In this document: positions 33,201 through 35,624 of the stretch, one piece after another
Layout of the letters: each line of letters begins with the position of its first letter
Numbering within the stretch: position 1 is the first letter of the stretch
Source of the DNA: an uncultured Methanosarcinales archaeon
GTDB lineage: Archaea; Nanobdellota; Nanobdellia; Woesearchaeales; JACJVW01
NCBI GenBank assembly: GCA_964473285.1
Contig: CAYYOI010000004.1
Span: forward strand, 1-59,968
DNA length: 59,968 nt
Reading direction: 5' to 3'
Notes under the pieces: model-generated
What the model was told of the DNA's origin: nothing
The model's input: only the letters and a program-made list of their open reading frames with translations
The model's database searches: none
Translations under genes and position numbers: made by a program

Positions 33201-35624
33201 ATATCAATGCCTGAAAATACCAAAGGTCATCCTTATCTTTCTTCGCAAAGAAAATCTACATTATATGGGTATGTTGGTATCTCAACTGGTTTTTCATTTG
33301 ATAATATGCGTTTAGTATTCAATTATACCCCTTTACTTTCGGAGATTTCTTCTCTTAGTACCAGTTATGTTCCACGTGAGGACCGTTTCTTTATTTATAG
33401 ATGTAGTTATAGTAATATTAGCAATTGTGGCAGTTCGGACTGGGTAAAGCTTGATAGTACTCAACGTGATGAAATAGATAATCTGATATGGGTTAATTAT
33501 GATAGTACTTCAAGCTATGTTGTTGCTGAGGATAATTCAAGTGAAATATATGATGAGGATTCTTCTAGTAGAGATGATAGTAGTAGTTCTTCTAGCAGTT
33601 CTTCTAGTAGCTCATCTACTGATTCACCTCAATCACTACCTAGTCCAAAATCTACTTTCTGTGGTGATGGTATATGTGATGAGGATGAGAATATTTCATC
33701 CTGCCCGGAGGATTGCCTTACGAACGAAAGAATTTATCTGTCCTGTGGAAATGGGATCTGTGATCTTGGTGAAAACATAGAAAATTGTCCTGATGATTGT
33801 TCAGATCTTCCATTTTATTCGACATATGATTTTCAAAAGATATCATTGGCTCCGGGTTCTAATGAGACATATTACCTTACACTTACCAATCGCGCCAATA
33901 AGACCTTTGAACCGGAAATCATGCTCAATGGAGCTTTTGTCAAAAGGTATATCGAGCTTTCAGATTCAAAGATAATACTTGGTCCTTATGAAGAAAAGTC
34001 TGTCAAGGTTAGTGTTTTAATACCTGAATCAGAGACTCCTGCGGTCTATTATGGGGATCTTGTCATTAAGTTAGATAACAGACAGCAAGATAAACCTTTT
34101 ACCCTTGAAATAAATCGATTAAATATAGTACCTTTCAGAATATCTCATGAATTGATATCTACAAAGATAAGTGTGAATGGTGAACCCCTTCGTATAAGGT
34201 TGAATGCTCATGATTCTTTGCGCTCAAATGCATCTGTTAATATCACTTACAGAATTGAGAATGAAGATTCCGTAATATATTCGGAAAATGAGGTTCTTTC
34301 GCTTGGGAGCATTAAAAATTATATCAAGGAACTTAATTTCACTAATTCAACGAAAGTTGGCAGGTATTATGTATTTATAAATTTTGATAGCGGCGAATAT
34401 TCAAATGAGCGTGTGGATTCCTTCATGATTTACCAGCCTTTCTGGACACCACAAAAGGTCCGTGCTTTCTCGATATTTATGATAATTATCATTTGTGCTA
34501 CTCTTGGATATTACAGCTGGCAAAAATATTCTGCCTGGAAGCGTGAACGTATGCGTTATATCCCTCCAGATTTCACAACAATCCCGCGCAAAGGAGATTC
34601 AATGCTTCAAGTCGGAAAGGTTGCCGAATCTTCACATAAAGCATATCTTAATCCAAATGACATGACTACTCATATACTGGTTTCGGGAAGTACTGGTTCA
34701 GGAAAAAGTGTTACTACAAGTGTAATTGTAGAAGAAGTCCTTTTGAAGAATATTCCTGTGATTATCTTTGACCCTACAAGCCAGTGGACAGGCATGCTAA
34801 AACAGCTAAAAGATCAAGATATCTCTGCTTGTCTTAAACAGTTCGGATTATCTGCTGAGGATGCCAAATCATTCAAAGGATTAATCTATAGGGTGGATAA
34901 TCCAAAGATAGATATCGATTTTGATAAGTACATGAATCCAGGCGAAGTTACTGTTTTTGACTTAAGCCAGCTTAAACCTGGAGAATATGATCAAGCGGTA
35001 CAGCGTATTGTTGATAAAATCTTTTCATTATCGTGGCCGGAAAGTCCTGAATTAAAGATGGTTCTGGTGTTTGATGAAGTGCATAGGCTTCTTGAAAAGT
35101 ACGGAGGAACAGGAGGATATCTTGCTTTGGAAAAGGGATGCCGTGAATTCAGGAAATGGGGTATTGGAATGATTATGGCAAGCCAGGTAAGTACTGATTT
35201 CAAAGAAGCGGTTGCAGGAAACATAATGACTGAAGTGCAGATGAATACAAAGAGCATGGATGATATAAAGCGTATCGCCTCAAAATATGGGGCTGAATAT
35301 TCAACAAAAGTCTCTAGACAGGGTATTGGAATCGGAATGGTTCAGAATTCAAAATATAATGATGGGAAGCCTTGGTTTGTACATTTCAGACCACCTTTAC
35401 ATGACCCACATAAGCTATCTGATGAGGAACTAGAACAGTATAGCAGTTATGCTTCACGTCTTGATAAGATTGAAGCAGTTATACAGAAGGCTAAAGCAGG
35501 AGGTAAGGATGTATCTGATATAATGCTAGAATTTAAGTTAACACGTGATAAACTAAAGGAAGGCAGTTTTAAGATGGTAGATATATATCTTAAATCTCTT
35601 GAGGACAGGGTGAAAAAGATATGA
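282..35624 (+). CDS. giant (~11,780 aa) cell-surface protein: signal peptide; Ig-like, FG-GAP, LamG, PKD, IgGFc-binding-like, prenyltransferase-like toroid and NHL domains; one TM helix; C-terminal HerA/VirB4-like (DUF87-type) ATPase
   Basis: Uninterrupted 35-kb ORF (ORF track starts at GTG189). TTG282 gives signal peptide MKVLSIIRYILILVCCLISVSG behind an SD-like motif. Dense N-x-S/T sequons, DxDxDG Ca-binding motifs, TM ~34464-34520, Walker A GSTGSGKS, Walker B LVFDEVH, REFRKWG. Confidence 0.93.
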   Translation: MKVLSIIRYILILVCCLISVSGNTSLESRDFCDCLDYVNKSHVFFEKGCNYTIPDNLDNLTCYDSNLTVVSNLTVLLSNESIVSISNESISTNVSNVSSSNLTTFSNQSNQTSSIINGSTDSIMSNATKPTIMIEKVQLPAHVGEPVNWVYRVKVNGSSDSVTIPLSDLPNDARNVVLVPYSKDKAYLDKRVSTMSGSSHVLSIPSRNSSGNEYSVIYETPAPHKREETQRNSLGISKGVVVHSDVSYHYYNISVNTDIPETASDKISFYWYDGTKRVNVLRDKRFDVKLIDIDNDNLIEKISWVVPQLSEQHFEIILRSLSFSTQSSHVTSNWSILFDMNHSDLISFEALSPLLSFEGLYYFDSGWSQITDYEVSGNTVTTEWDHLRSTRGKVVYEVLGYDTFFVNVSSVSGSEIVRSHYYYEPVGNSILNLDSPMFSYRLCSLNQSFSFCDAEKGEPGYDGYDIMTNYTGYIRLPSNVSVTSASMNLRSLHTDPISEYEHPDGIPSSIVHRADLSSSFVDGFIAATPYDIVGWSNETILFEHSISGLNDFVPMDISLLLGDEIIVATDNGLHIFASNYSSSLDKIDSLDGEFLSVASQFNIPSAEFNNTFSEASSLQEVFGDRLVSFNIPWVFNTSDKRCFLSVKLNKHGNPDSKLQFGSGNITPDMVSSSDNFMTSPGVPGSFTCLGCETNNISFDFSSLGLSDFSAESCSLSLPLSASGAHGNLLNVSLGSFSQTIDSSSVGATSLDSFSTPTTATEFDEFTTSYFYTHVLPDGIGTCRLSIALQKLSTDSGLLLRANGNEYPVNTQGLPSNVIDRSNFTSPDSILDLKSPVKYSGIDPISAETCFVDTYFTYVNSTTANLTFSLNGNVYDIDKSQITSSAFKSFSKTGAENVSSDLLTKTSLSEDGEQIDYYLSGLSIPSDLEAKECFVKVGACYEGSEESLGTLKLSLYGKDTTFAIPTDSLSECSQSSFSYVSVPCQDITSSEKLQFYCEGCDSNNFYRILYDNSSSSFNSYYWDGFGDYEKSSQDYLVSVYTNSSFDYSVSRKQIECSDVGGTITFNCEGCSSNNSYHMMSDGSNPGFRIFSNTSLVYGWGHSELPCEELSADSNIGFSANNQFRILKSDDIVINKMEWLTDDYTPVDLDVPCDIINSADELSISCPECTSTDSFYLYRTDEQSGHTGDAYPYTDLSFFVESNTSLDYSKVQIPVNCSLEDPVFSCPECTSDDHYNILLGGASGNTSFSLDNGSTWSNTAFDAGIGVYVYGASDSDDIVVADANDNVSLLNTSLHTQWTLSFNSRVNDIAIGEVDVESIGNEVLVATQNGLYLFDSKGKNIWNYSKGANTVFIQALDARQEAYAGLINNSLYKCDASGCHSIATFSDEITSILTGDFHSEQGSEIAISFDSGLFSVYDSSMTALETLDFKSVVSFTGGRLIGVDRSQLLVSHLKGISAYDFSQPENVSLLINDSVVWSHMGLLRNETIDNFAYAINISNCSPCYVPFDIETDSSVPLQLSDIDVRFDYNYSLDYTDDYTKWLKTSDFIAGSQIPNKAIKIDYTSPSFPLYVQYISREDPNEDNFVYDSSSFWFRDSYCQGIDTLAYLGYTLLNGSSFHCDEDYFISEEGSDFLWVTGEKAVPVEVLVRNGSNDAMNYYNITLERGIGHTSDSFHNVSYSSDINESFVGNFVDVIVDTDSDGSYDLLYQNLSGCEGTSYRVCIEDLNSNGVPDQVITTTSLISPENPSVKYRVIGYTNEIPEITSVDIKPSGDRYYFDTVLFNITIADFENDIRQLTLYLNTSGTGWFNAGTETTLTDHVIIPVLLNSSMDGELSYRIEYADYSEEAIHLVRNTTTNKVFNVSKPSLILDILTDDYERINQNNVYEDHIIANVTKEGTSFDNYSKTDLLCELYINTSEGYRKHSDITTIKKGLCSFNLNSDSPYSTGNHDYYVRVRADDRFYPATSEVKNVFIYSGLNANISITPETLYRNNDHGNNTLLLWNVSDIKDSTGDLMTGAANYSVFFGETLISNGTCDSNGFSGSYDVPSFEELGTHTITILINNTLFELFTHSTQVTVNDELFVELVDPSSIEPVYKDHGEGLNNIDDSTIELFVVLEDSLNIPVTDATYNFNTPNNFVDCLESGKKTKEVDFDDELEQPIVKEGFYCIFHPEDSLSLGLQNWNFTASLKNHYPVKYTGSFNIKDTFAPEIMTSPSSPGPVYIRGTSSSKLYINFEAQDNGQNEILNYSYSIDWGETALISGFNQNSTLTYSFNIPDDEVLGEKSLFISLNKENYKDYSEQLNYLVHGRLYAFTLNPDNGVNVTVGDSGGLILTIQVKDDFDEHVQANVSFVHPPGYCRNGVEYFGNGTYQCEYMPDPNVAPGDYTWNAIAEKPYHKESKTEERSFTIIQNVHLEFLQDESYFNRTNHVDLSAQLNDKFGNPLELSGYSCVWSIDDTPLATTTTDEDGICNFSILAGCDYLPGPHSVRIGLSKQDSPYTLKEETKGNIYLRDKAEASIITPTSLDGIAVGDSIYMESSISDSCSNPPSSEIPYEIDWYYSQMGSDETIKVLSTDEGFWTVPPDVSGEGIIYIIVDYDYFNTSYGTQEIDVEVNDTTGILFLNEVVVRNSTSQNFTLNAQLSREGDIPINETSIIGNWSGYTCEWFINDQFQGTSITNKDGLCSINWSTTCEDHSSLYYPLAINISKDSPDIPMSTNYLQSEVGIYDNASLEIVSPQNQSSHVYGEEVNLAVNVYDSCGISSADYNLNWYYQKKDTKTTVASGKNTTWNVPSLALDWSNLTASLDYALYDSSNSTLTLHFKRYLSLSELIVQEGLRQGDMSQVLCNISTEGVSDRSNVEILFILDESQNSTIRKRLLSFDDVEPGVAQGLLGGNGSVRETWSWYRDVKPFQVYANDSICFDLDTSGLEYTSRGDIYFCKSESLNCTNYTTVVFNQSATINSTEHGNWDYCFNITSPFYFSGGTLGTYMKTRSMTTHNSTKITTSRLDSSDQILRGETYSFFNGTYDNASKELLQRFIGQRSSFNPRSIRIVEGSEEVPFMSEGFTKYRSDFSEWDQGINCKASYSSALTLTQEGTHPDYCRYESNLLSIPIKEDLTVAFQVKNVSIGSWKLAFRDEDSKLHTIGESASDGLFTFSLEDYVGMNITRFALYTQGYDSTATFDLLEVVGESGTLTWTLNGTTAGGSDRNYTIYFKTHEDLDTDLFSLGILPVYQTEMYERARFMNGNTNTLVYTTGNDKPGSLANMLDNLVTDEVITSWTRTTDQGDVQNIHKNSSSYGILLYESSSGFTDSESNAYTSPEPETLAAIANFLDQGGKLIYIDNRLDYDSTGLSDLFTYTSNTWNPSTHYCSPYEGSYQACGQPTNETPDTFYPADNNSVGFLIFNDQMVHSFTGGDGESWITDESGTHSLMVSEGYSTLTTAPGDSSNSGFSKHLSFTGKLAAPYDRYIPTTRLYGLVPLGYTDKPYLQVISMYADTVVEVLNSSNKIIDTKTLDEFELWRTGALESYLGDTFIVNASSPVLVYLSDKPYLTDPVPSILGANKRFMYYDNGNFLYRALNGTTTGYIYDSVGEVDSFTISEGETYKPFLFPGVYEVQTDAPIVIEPSLYSGVSRVVDSSGSGIGKEFSVSAEALTLVGHGNTSVHLSSEPSKKSENYDHIGYEFYTYLSGSPNIFSTSHDTTVTISNLDSAGLVIEEDELHLPLKAKLKTYSPKTRLLLHFEGSPGKAYSFYDSSETQVANECNVTLTSDSRFGTAADFNKGLIEVDALDFGSNYTLDFWIKHGSENQTFVSQYENQNQAFNISWSSGLQAELIAGENVILLKDENPEYTDSWYHVALVHENSTYKLYLNGSLIDSVESQAYPEPDAPFIINPRGLVDEFRFVESADEPLGGLYGTVSPGFYRISADKPIGIYDGNSQTESYSVSYGNDLWVHVPSWPGHPGSLFINAIEDSTDVTVTDLTNNKQSKRFSLDYAESWDYHEKIDTKKGKLFHIASDNPVIVQSGVIGENIYAQLPNFAGDLVFTKLTPGSASRTIIDSSFGHGILYDRLESSGNSLKSDLNSTQVHAHSGDSFRLNTERVRIFSEAPLNAYSILGSSVPSQTQSIASLDNPGGLGKVYSVRAGENAKVAIVSLADLNRISVTGDLSTEFTLGKESNRLLDVPGGLVSINATKPVSVFVIGDSGYAPLFVTPETVMSGHSQSYSIKDTNFTDVSFFSGSRSPVKVVGDIANDTVSVYRAFSPHVAYELDADINATEIGDINADGLEDILFVDAANNLNYLLPHHDRQLDVNVEETAGIERINEPTTISFNPAYEITDDCRDVRIYTSDGDEIGREIIKCRQFNVTLITHVSLDPYENLSLHITYGNPFIADEPKQPVCPVKTSGSIEAGIVDFGDAGQSTDRLGFKKTLEDSGWILTNYQDKTGTDINETASSRKVNAYTEDLDSYDFLEFTTTGGWPPYGAWHFGGNDHSYYGPPPEKIDYCSDEGAPQVWTMPRYKVAPGQEITLWGRMEFEDDTQATYEWDFGDGTTSGKTSFSQESDTQRDLAQKHTYHGAIGKVFNATLWVRQNNGKFCSQNVFIEMVDDDHDLEVFQALQDGLKVLYERQLSDGRWGHDLTTSTHDYYDGSGTAMSLIAFSNVGHLTSNDPSSDIYHQTVKDAADFLVDYMQVVNVGSYTLPGSHHDNGQGLSYYARSGGRFGYVDGFVMMGLASTADEYYKPYVIDMVENHIRVAYYGGHRTWRYCDNRAGFDNSAHQFPALGMEAAEQIMGIDFDLETGGPYDIWGPNRDRIYSTSCSSGSSKGRFGYTSATCKTGYSRMGSHVGGLTNLASAHEPVSSVYVQDAIEHSCNNWQYHKNNYYNLFGITKGLRLFEVTDLNCASHENFDWSRDLEETVLTHHSQTNNFESWDKDFHRNRASGLASALIILSGTVVGAIPMADAGEEMEVITGVDVLMDGSESYHLNPNQKIQTYHWDCEGDGNFEYVGESPYYNCSWNSPGTYNAKLQVSDDSTPTLTNTDSVKIEVKDTSQNVPPVADGGEVYTNCYALTNTTFDASGSFDYNGDNLTYHWDFDGDGDYDDSSNISSPTNEFAFNSPGEYYIALKVREADTDMHLTDTHKRIKVVCDREDTSYYYWNKGYNTMDRFRSYLENGGVMWIDNSGSSGDGYGGFFDLYAGDFTDGNGYVRWNTSEGDTTEGLMQSSYSSSRLLNYPTSLDEEDLNTEIMLWTNGSAGGSGIDISEGFVPILTRNGYDMLVAKRYGCGYVLASGGDFSSDLYAPDDISDPAPYKLITNMISLSTGQHSAYPPLSVDIEEGDSSFAFSYQGGDTGIDTSSNYGLSVGNTDSDQQAEILYAAEDGTSRIFDFMEKSDEQTSTPYSIVGSTIFSYENSTLFGLIKEDNTTLLYDDSLEDSPRNLEHISLFDIASVSLDHDHLIFINSSQELVLFDPVTNTVKNLGFKVGRSVTAGDFDDDLYEEIAFITANKTLGFYDIIDDVLLVTNISLLDKRQSLGAGDLDGDGIDEITYLVNGTLKIYDSSSTYHDYLIVKGEGRVSLSVPVNPVFEQNSSINSKIISYNGTGVYRLPSGWDTFTFNSTESFISGANKPYILDDFDYPDSIYSNGWSQCGTNFDCSTPVNSSFKTTFKTSFSGIGSLKFNTENGQGGIEREVDKPLSSHSKLNFAWMVPSFDQGSSDPNIILKVLFDGGASLNYYIKTSSYGSMVCGFSGYICITGDNLKDAGFDNWYTVKRDLLEDYEAEGLSGSPTSIKAIGLFVQNSDNVPFEFYLDSLRLNHANPEIELSDSVQVSNHHGNVPELTYSIGEEETLQLSCSPDDLGYDYLFCELDDRIKIKATNDTLVFSGTGDDIYATPLISEGRNGTLTTLSQNQINYITTPQDSATVTIGGSDKVINENEFMQVGYDGTTHVTSSSPFIALSSAVKERQSLNINSTFNYSYNLNSSCFFDSQCTSGFCNKGFCTTHNSSLHLGVLLDEWFINNGNEYSCVGSYDSDGNLSCHNGCGAPGKNCTFMLDIPTIPISSHANHLLFLNMNSSGQGGKVSIYLNDYLIAENLTPPVNDYGSLHVKVPHRFIESGSFNDLVIESTGTSGVSLDSFIFIAEDTVLVSGQVELAVVADLFSSYDNLEVNISSPFETLPTQLAFKMNGNTVLDSDRNVENAGQVYVETFISEAASESFVISADSGLGSDEITLIPVNQYSYSPHYGYYLPGLFDPATVSEYDSNKMIRLLYNVFSETDVAGGLDYGLGNLERVHRHSDWWNKTYLYRIPLTLHAGEFDRKSLAVSIDLNVTPLLDNVTGASQPAFRINGLRTDSILEETDSSGVASFIWDTTLEEGGPHLIDCIINNASERYIIREPDSLSDISVVADKINISSDYLDSREIDPFNSSKRLVPSEVVYRSTHPIDKYPDKLYLAANATTKWQTSSRQGEIYPIDGATIHFYIIKDLTIRDHLTCTVNLTEYEANQKDGENHWYDPYHCHVVYDPLNDSAVGSYKVIVNATKPNWSSESREKNFSIRGYLVTNISEPESDIFLGSTLNLDADVLTDINTSPDDLNVKWYFRETNETCSSWTDTNITGQSAGFSIGCDLSATKTYNLMARAFAKGYESPRTFGNYENCEEQRSNADILEFRVNTYVRPNITSGVHGDPDDYITLDSDVVVTDSGELSIDCQVLKSCDSIETPINVPSYAANLSCEGCTNPNVTWPLSTSPDSEGTYTFTFDFSGEELDKDYNFTCSIKNYSYYYTNPATVTKTLRPVSHIGDPDYCNYDGYCNDGETCLNCPEDCGYDNLFKGGVYSDMDLVEGENYTLHQETGCGCYSEDFFCDSVYEVTSSACSDCQNSVTPKAPTIVRQRTDDCWGLCDGTRCDGSCDGVSSDNVMGSGESFFIYANIADPNEQDKFDAWIEDTDGTKLADMEQVSGTKYESVIPFSTDSFVTDKTYLIIAEDDSQDKLRSNKTVTVYKDDGMPSIDSFTVEPTALAEGNTITIGVTVSDLGEGVSHVILQNGTSDKTYLERQSETYFQGELIAKDTTGSGNMDINISVYDRSANGPVVDSTTVTVDTNPPHIYDLYASETYFEPPTSTFDITFSATIEDSNIEDAWVYSPDENQKICDLNLNGESHECTVTFEGGYPKFGSSDGTAKATYQFLANDTYGQMSGSEGICNDDCKFIFYDSTPPEINSILLDDKSWPSNHMYVQSGTDVSIKAEITDKPVNDSSYFISSRELLDSNLQSVGSLEHYNEDVWNITRTINADSIYHLYAEDEAGHSEQVMLNFTIDDISPDITILSPVSDDVVKGTISLVINITEPHLETDAIEYRVLTDGSESIPWSKPIHDTGGIYEDSIATSVDLNDSEDTVIQVRANDTAKNKGSTSVSFIVDNTKPTITIDSPLESSTIEGLVWLNATVEDETSGLAEVSYRIDEEGFNSSWDTIDPYAYQFNSSHYIDGNVSICIRALDNGNNQREVCIDPVNIDNNAPVINITSPENLTHLSGAVNLSAQIYDEAGNPNPGSYSCGFASTTESSNIVEDENFTCSLSTKGLDNHTWYDLYVNASDKLGHTSIKSIQIWADNLPPNVSQVTLSDSILYEGQEIEVVVNVSDESDFSIKNVTVDSQIITWNGSIWVGNVTPYMDSEPFDNLSIVVYDHAGNNVDVTSPFEWDIGDVSIWNFTSNAMYGYSSSEQELDFSVYAKDDDDNLKNVTVGSIEMTNSGGNRFVGTGTPEQANGCDSEGLCTLSAVVFDEGENSNNVSLNLTIDNTPPLIHKFTISTRDSYMNSYDNYSYLIQAGDSIGLLEAKINGISMNASSMSTSVNYTLSANATSIGCTAPVAPYSNCTIQGSVYDWVLNNDTKTINVKVDDFKPIFSGISVNGQLTTPLVSRDGMVFLAVNLSGEGPNTIHQVIAEPTAHEAGNQSLSWNGSLWTGDIKIDNDNYINLSATDKASNTAYNNSFRIDVDLSYPEIRNFTSDALDAYSRNDSVINFTADVTDTNLDEVFLSSNHTDEWYLMKNSSPSRWYLNMTPAILGCPSNGYCNIQIEATDLVNKTQNDTYTLIMDTIEPSVSMVSLYNSITGVEDLVKFNGSLEVIVNVTETNETIHYIKAEDQELYWNNQYWYASNITVRNTASLNLTIADKAGNLAFVNESYNLDDEKPIIQNFNSSERYNVSNPETTINYTIKPRDDNGIYRAVLRSGNTEMLLSNLDPVDFTVLDYYYINEIMLGPDFGCTENNQSCLLDIIVYDRAYNNNTLNLNITIDMVDPVVHSFTSPDFIEGINNTKILQTSKVVNWTAELTDTNLVASYIHLIESNDNSHNESVHLGLVKKEEYWTNSSYLELFGATNGSYVMEVVALDKAGNSGKTNLTFLASSAAPEIHSLAVDKSFVEIDKNVTVYVNVTSSTAVNYTHIHVFPPGQDAHIAEMVLVRNYSSEGIKDENGLTVYGGIYEYSYRGVYDGTHNVSIYSVDIEGDGADHEHRYNNLFTVLGKTTGALDLNVEPSQPIDNLTYGYNQTLLVNITLNNTGKVNMYDAVLDIDEFEGTYLNSSEYVCDPVILPDETCKLERNITVTSQAPVGQSNINIRGLWDNPEGSVDSNSTAHTVTIEPNHMIKILNPTLSYSTLYNQNLTVGTILLQSYGNTNIKNVQFSFDSISGSIPPVFVSDSGFDIKKNEVYPVNLSAQVNGRGMFFANLTVELDGLCEPESNCYDWKLLTLSVYDFINLSLLSPYGEKDRGYLDIGCEIRNLSENLPVESYSVYPFILNDSSAFQQFAVSEEIVIPSDYLLELSPKYLITNATITFNTNERHMLTLSSDYGSEPFNNTFEVSNGTMVNIPVSSLNNFTPTEDCVLDPEYPEDNCFYLLEFNSNDPFTADIFINITYITPLSNCPDGTEYTGTYCYYNKSLEDTCLEGFVDKDTYCAHVPLLKDQFKTDVNGIMEHTVNTSLYLPGEYQVGCAIIRDDSLFYLPGNDLEMTNISLRGSLNMSVRQEPSEPIYWYNTSDPHSLIVSANVTDELNLPVQNATVHMYSHATLDNSFTEVSSCNTDANGSCIIEWDPTTTTQGTFDIYYNVTKDYYHASDTYEDSVTIIGGLSIKMYSPEDEEILYLGHIMSTNVSLIDNGTETGFGNLTLNVTFDGMQITNKSYDEILLDHLVYELGEHSVNASVYSNLSEEPDATIMHDVKLYDLLNISELLANVTSTPRNNGTINISATIVRMSNGEGVSNYDCNWYLDGSSLAVTQTNDTGVCTVQYKFNESHSVGPHDITVMIQDDDSLFYHAYSENSSIQINLTESLNLTIFSDVTKFHRGGTEDLISRVKDDFSLLDANVTWSLYNESSLVEKVTGNVTEYNFTSDYLLGNYTLTVNATKPYYYKDTITHNTSIYGWSEIELIPSIEPIDYRDSETTFTCRVTDSNNSITELNGINLYPVTFYIKNSSGIISTYLNYTDSNGSLDGFATGYFNTSGFALGNYTYGCNIDSSESLFYDPVLGNVSKPVTLYDTYDISIGLNRSGVYRDDKPNLPSSVMITANVTDSGSAIENAWVRFKSGNSFILSAGEEISCITDVNGTCSVSWNPSSDIQRGKHIITGDASKKYYLPQMENNETLEIYAYSEPRIISPVENEIFVRSSVNRTVPISCDVLETFRNASTFNYSYPLTLVIPNPSYLAFKTYNGLIEYTRRHSGTESEKLLQWSSYSTEGAHEIISNGNLKITGKNYTAYIADLNLNITDYDRVSVYLSNISNNAEWRMEYKDKDYWVPLWDYKNGTYVDSMDINVTAIALHVRSTNASNASIIIESINFTETEYDSFNYMGHQEFFNSNDAYNSGSMERILELENSPTYQRWYENDPALSAGRSDFAVQGNYSLFANLTSLSPGYSGRIKYAFTDPSNAFADPEYVGLWIYSPRDYLSYKFRLIDDSSQYTKSFGSGFRGWKYLQLPLEAYEDIVEFELIIVNNGSQPVTDLVYFDDFHLIYNTTTLPNGPVNIDWRFNSYDSFSIGCLINDSFYYNTSKASDWSHFAITSPTGETDEKDPAPPLNDDTKNNAEVVGFSIQPKYDKFLIPTNDTGVLTNFTITNNLVTEQTFALDIYSDILETEPSITVPGGSSVTIPVFYDTEGLGPYSYEDEIDYIRVTNNASGILESKLEITARELSVDILSPLASSAITDAVAGDTIVVDTHLSFNYQNDPDLLSELVPKVSINGEPCVPVEREFVPTTWSVSCRLPSLEGNPLNTTLSVSHSISYLSNKSITAVGTKEDSVPGAVIYRDVSGPEMELVDISSHPDGKLLNVSLFDYSGISHANAHLIEPRFMKVHDLFGYSGSQVSRFSTSSGNFSIDLPENVTVSENSFLISVSEPIQDPVVEVDGDVLWQYSGILGTNKDFENGSVFNVTRPGQSTTIKIPKGAQVTDFSLFAESFLGEESFTEPTSLALDANNLFVSDSQAGLIYKFDSETFEFKGSFGNVRTNTYDTLDLPIYITTSLGGVDVLDTIDGSLKFYKEKEDSYTFDGIRADSFNFPRSVYHDGSKYYIADTENDQIVVLSDSYSVIETFNSTCTSYPLDNPLDVVVDDSYMYVADNQRVMIYDKEGDCHELFLKLDSARGNNYEFKSPSSLFVDETFLYVADSELNTVRLYERNNSFIYNSTLENVSRPRDIIAEDSRLYVIDSLNDEVLIFEDGKLNLTLKTFSSGYPYDLIIDVGNDRYDSPVVTTNIEYRNKTILDGSTFNGTFNRDVLSIGGESFIDAANEFISQCEPSYDQYGTGFCDLPISVDYAIPGKIQLRNLTLSYDFDHLISDFEGNSFTYSSNSEEELMFSNLSIFYTQNYSTYELEPGWSTLLDNFSYPGEYSVVVNAYDTLGHSTSTDYVIDHFSEIPLINDVVSSSQITGSLAFLDDDYERTIYNFTISDTLNESIFNRSLYDLNMDMMIPYYSEKTVGEFETSLYFDDVSFVLSRDNTTNISGILDPIQLNSYDLFSISMPENTKGHPYLSSQRKSTLYGYVGISTGFSFDNMRLVFNYTPLLSEISSLSTSYVPREDRFFIYRCSYSNISNCGSSDWVKLDSTQRDEIDNLIWVNYDSTSSYVVAEDNSSEIYDEDSSSRDDSSSSSSSSSSSSSTDSPQSLPSPKSTFCGDGICDEDENISSCPEDCLTNERIYLSCGNGICDLGENIENCPDDCSDLPFYSTYDFQKISLAPGSNETYYLTLTNRANKTFEPEIMLNGAFVKRYIELSDSKIILGPYEEKSVKVSVLIPESETPAVYYGDLVIKLDNRQQDKPFTLEINRLNIVPFRISHELISTKISVNGEPLRIRLNAHDSLRSNASVNITYRIENEDSVIYSENEVLSLGSIKNYIKELNFTNSTKVGRYYVFINFDSGEYSNERVDSFMIYQPFWTPQKVRAFSIFMIIIICATLGYYSWQKYSAWKRERMRYIPPDFTTIPRKGDSMLQVGKVAESSHKAYLNPNDMTTHILVSGSTGSGKSVTTSVIVEEVLLKNIPVIIFDPTSQWTGMLKQLKDQDISACLKQFGLSAEDAKSFKGLIYRVDNPKIDIDFDKYMNPGEVTVFDLSQLKPGEYDQAVQRIVDKIFSLSWPESPELKMVLVFDEVHRLLEKYGGTGGYLALEKGCREFRKWGIGMIMASQVSTDFKEAVAGNIMTEVQMNTKSMDDIKRIASKYGAEYSTKVSRQGIGIGMVQNSKYNDGKPWFVHFRPPLHDPHKLSDEELEQYSSYASRLDKIEAVIQKAKAGGKDVSDIMLEFKLTRDKLKEGSFKMVDIYLKSLEDRVKKI
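2140..4090 (+). repeat. five telescoped (nested) copies of a Cys-containing beta domain within the giant protein
   Basis: Five N-half motifs (Cys codons at 2205, 2418, 2625, 2826, 3075) followed by five C-half motifs (Cys at 3228, 3444, 3594, 3732, 3924; four followed by CEGC/CPEC). Confidence 0.65.
11455..11990 (+). other. LamG/concanavalin A-like domain of the giant protein
   Basis: LLLHFEG...FGSNYTLDFWIK...WYHVALVHENSTYKLYLNG...GLVDEFRF. Confidence 0.85.
13770..15690 (+). other. PKD / prenyltransferase-squalene-cyclase-like toroid / PKD / PKD cassette of the giant protein
   Basis: YEWDFGDG; GLKVLYERQLSDGRW, WRY...DNSAHQF, GRFGY, YYNLFGITK; YHWDCEGDG, YHWDFDGDG. Confidence 0.8.
20868..25770 (+). 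repeat. ~16 tandem bacterial-Ig-like repeats of the giant protein
   Basis: Recurring D-x-x-x-P-x-I starts (DTNPPHI, DSTPPEI, DNTKPTI, DNNAPVI, DNTPPLI, etc.) and A-x-D-x-AGN ends about every 100 aa. Confidence 0.8.
31540..32330 (+). other. NHL-repeat beta-propeller of the giant protein
   Basis: FTEPTSLA..LFVSDS, FNFPRSV..YYIADTENDQI, LDNPLDV..MYVAD, FKSPSSL..LYVADSELNTV, PRDI..LYVIDSLNDEV. Confidence 0.85.
34600..35420 (+). other. cytoplasmic HerA/FtsK/VirB4-superfamily ATPase domain of the giant protein
   Basis: THILVSGSTGSGKS (Walker A 34686-34709), IIFDPT, LVFDEVH (35073), REFRKWG arginine-finger-like motif, ASQ. Confidence 0.9.

Noticed and set aside
33561-33620. Low-complexity AGT/TCT run
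   Set aside because: Encodes an ordinary Ser-rich linker, not a DNA-level element
282-35624. Inteins explaining the nested insertions
   Set aside because: No C/S...HN-C/S/T splice junctions or LAGLIDADG motifs were noticed at the insertion boundaries; the inserts look like extracellular domains
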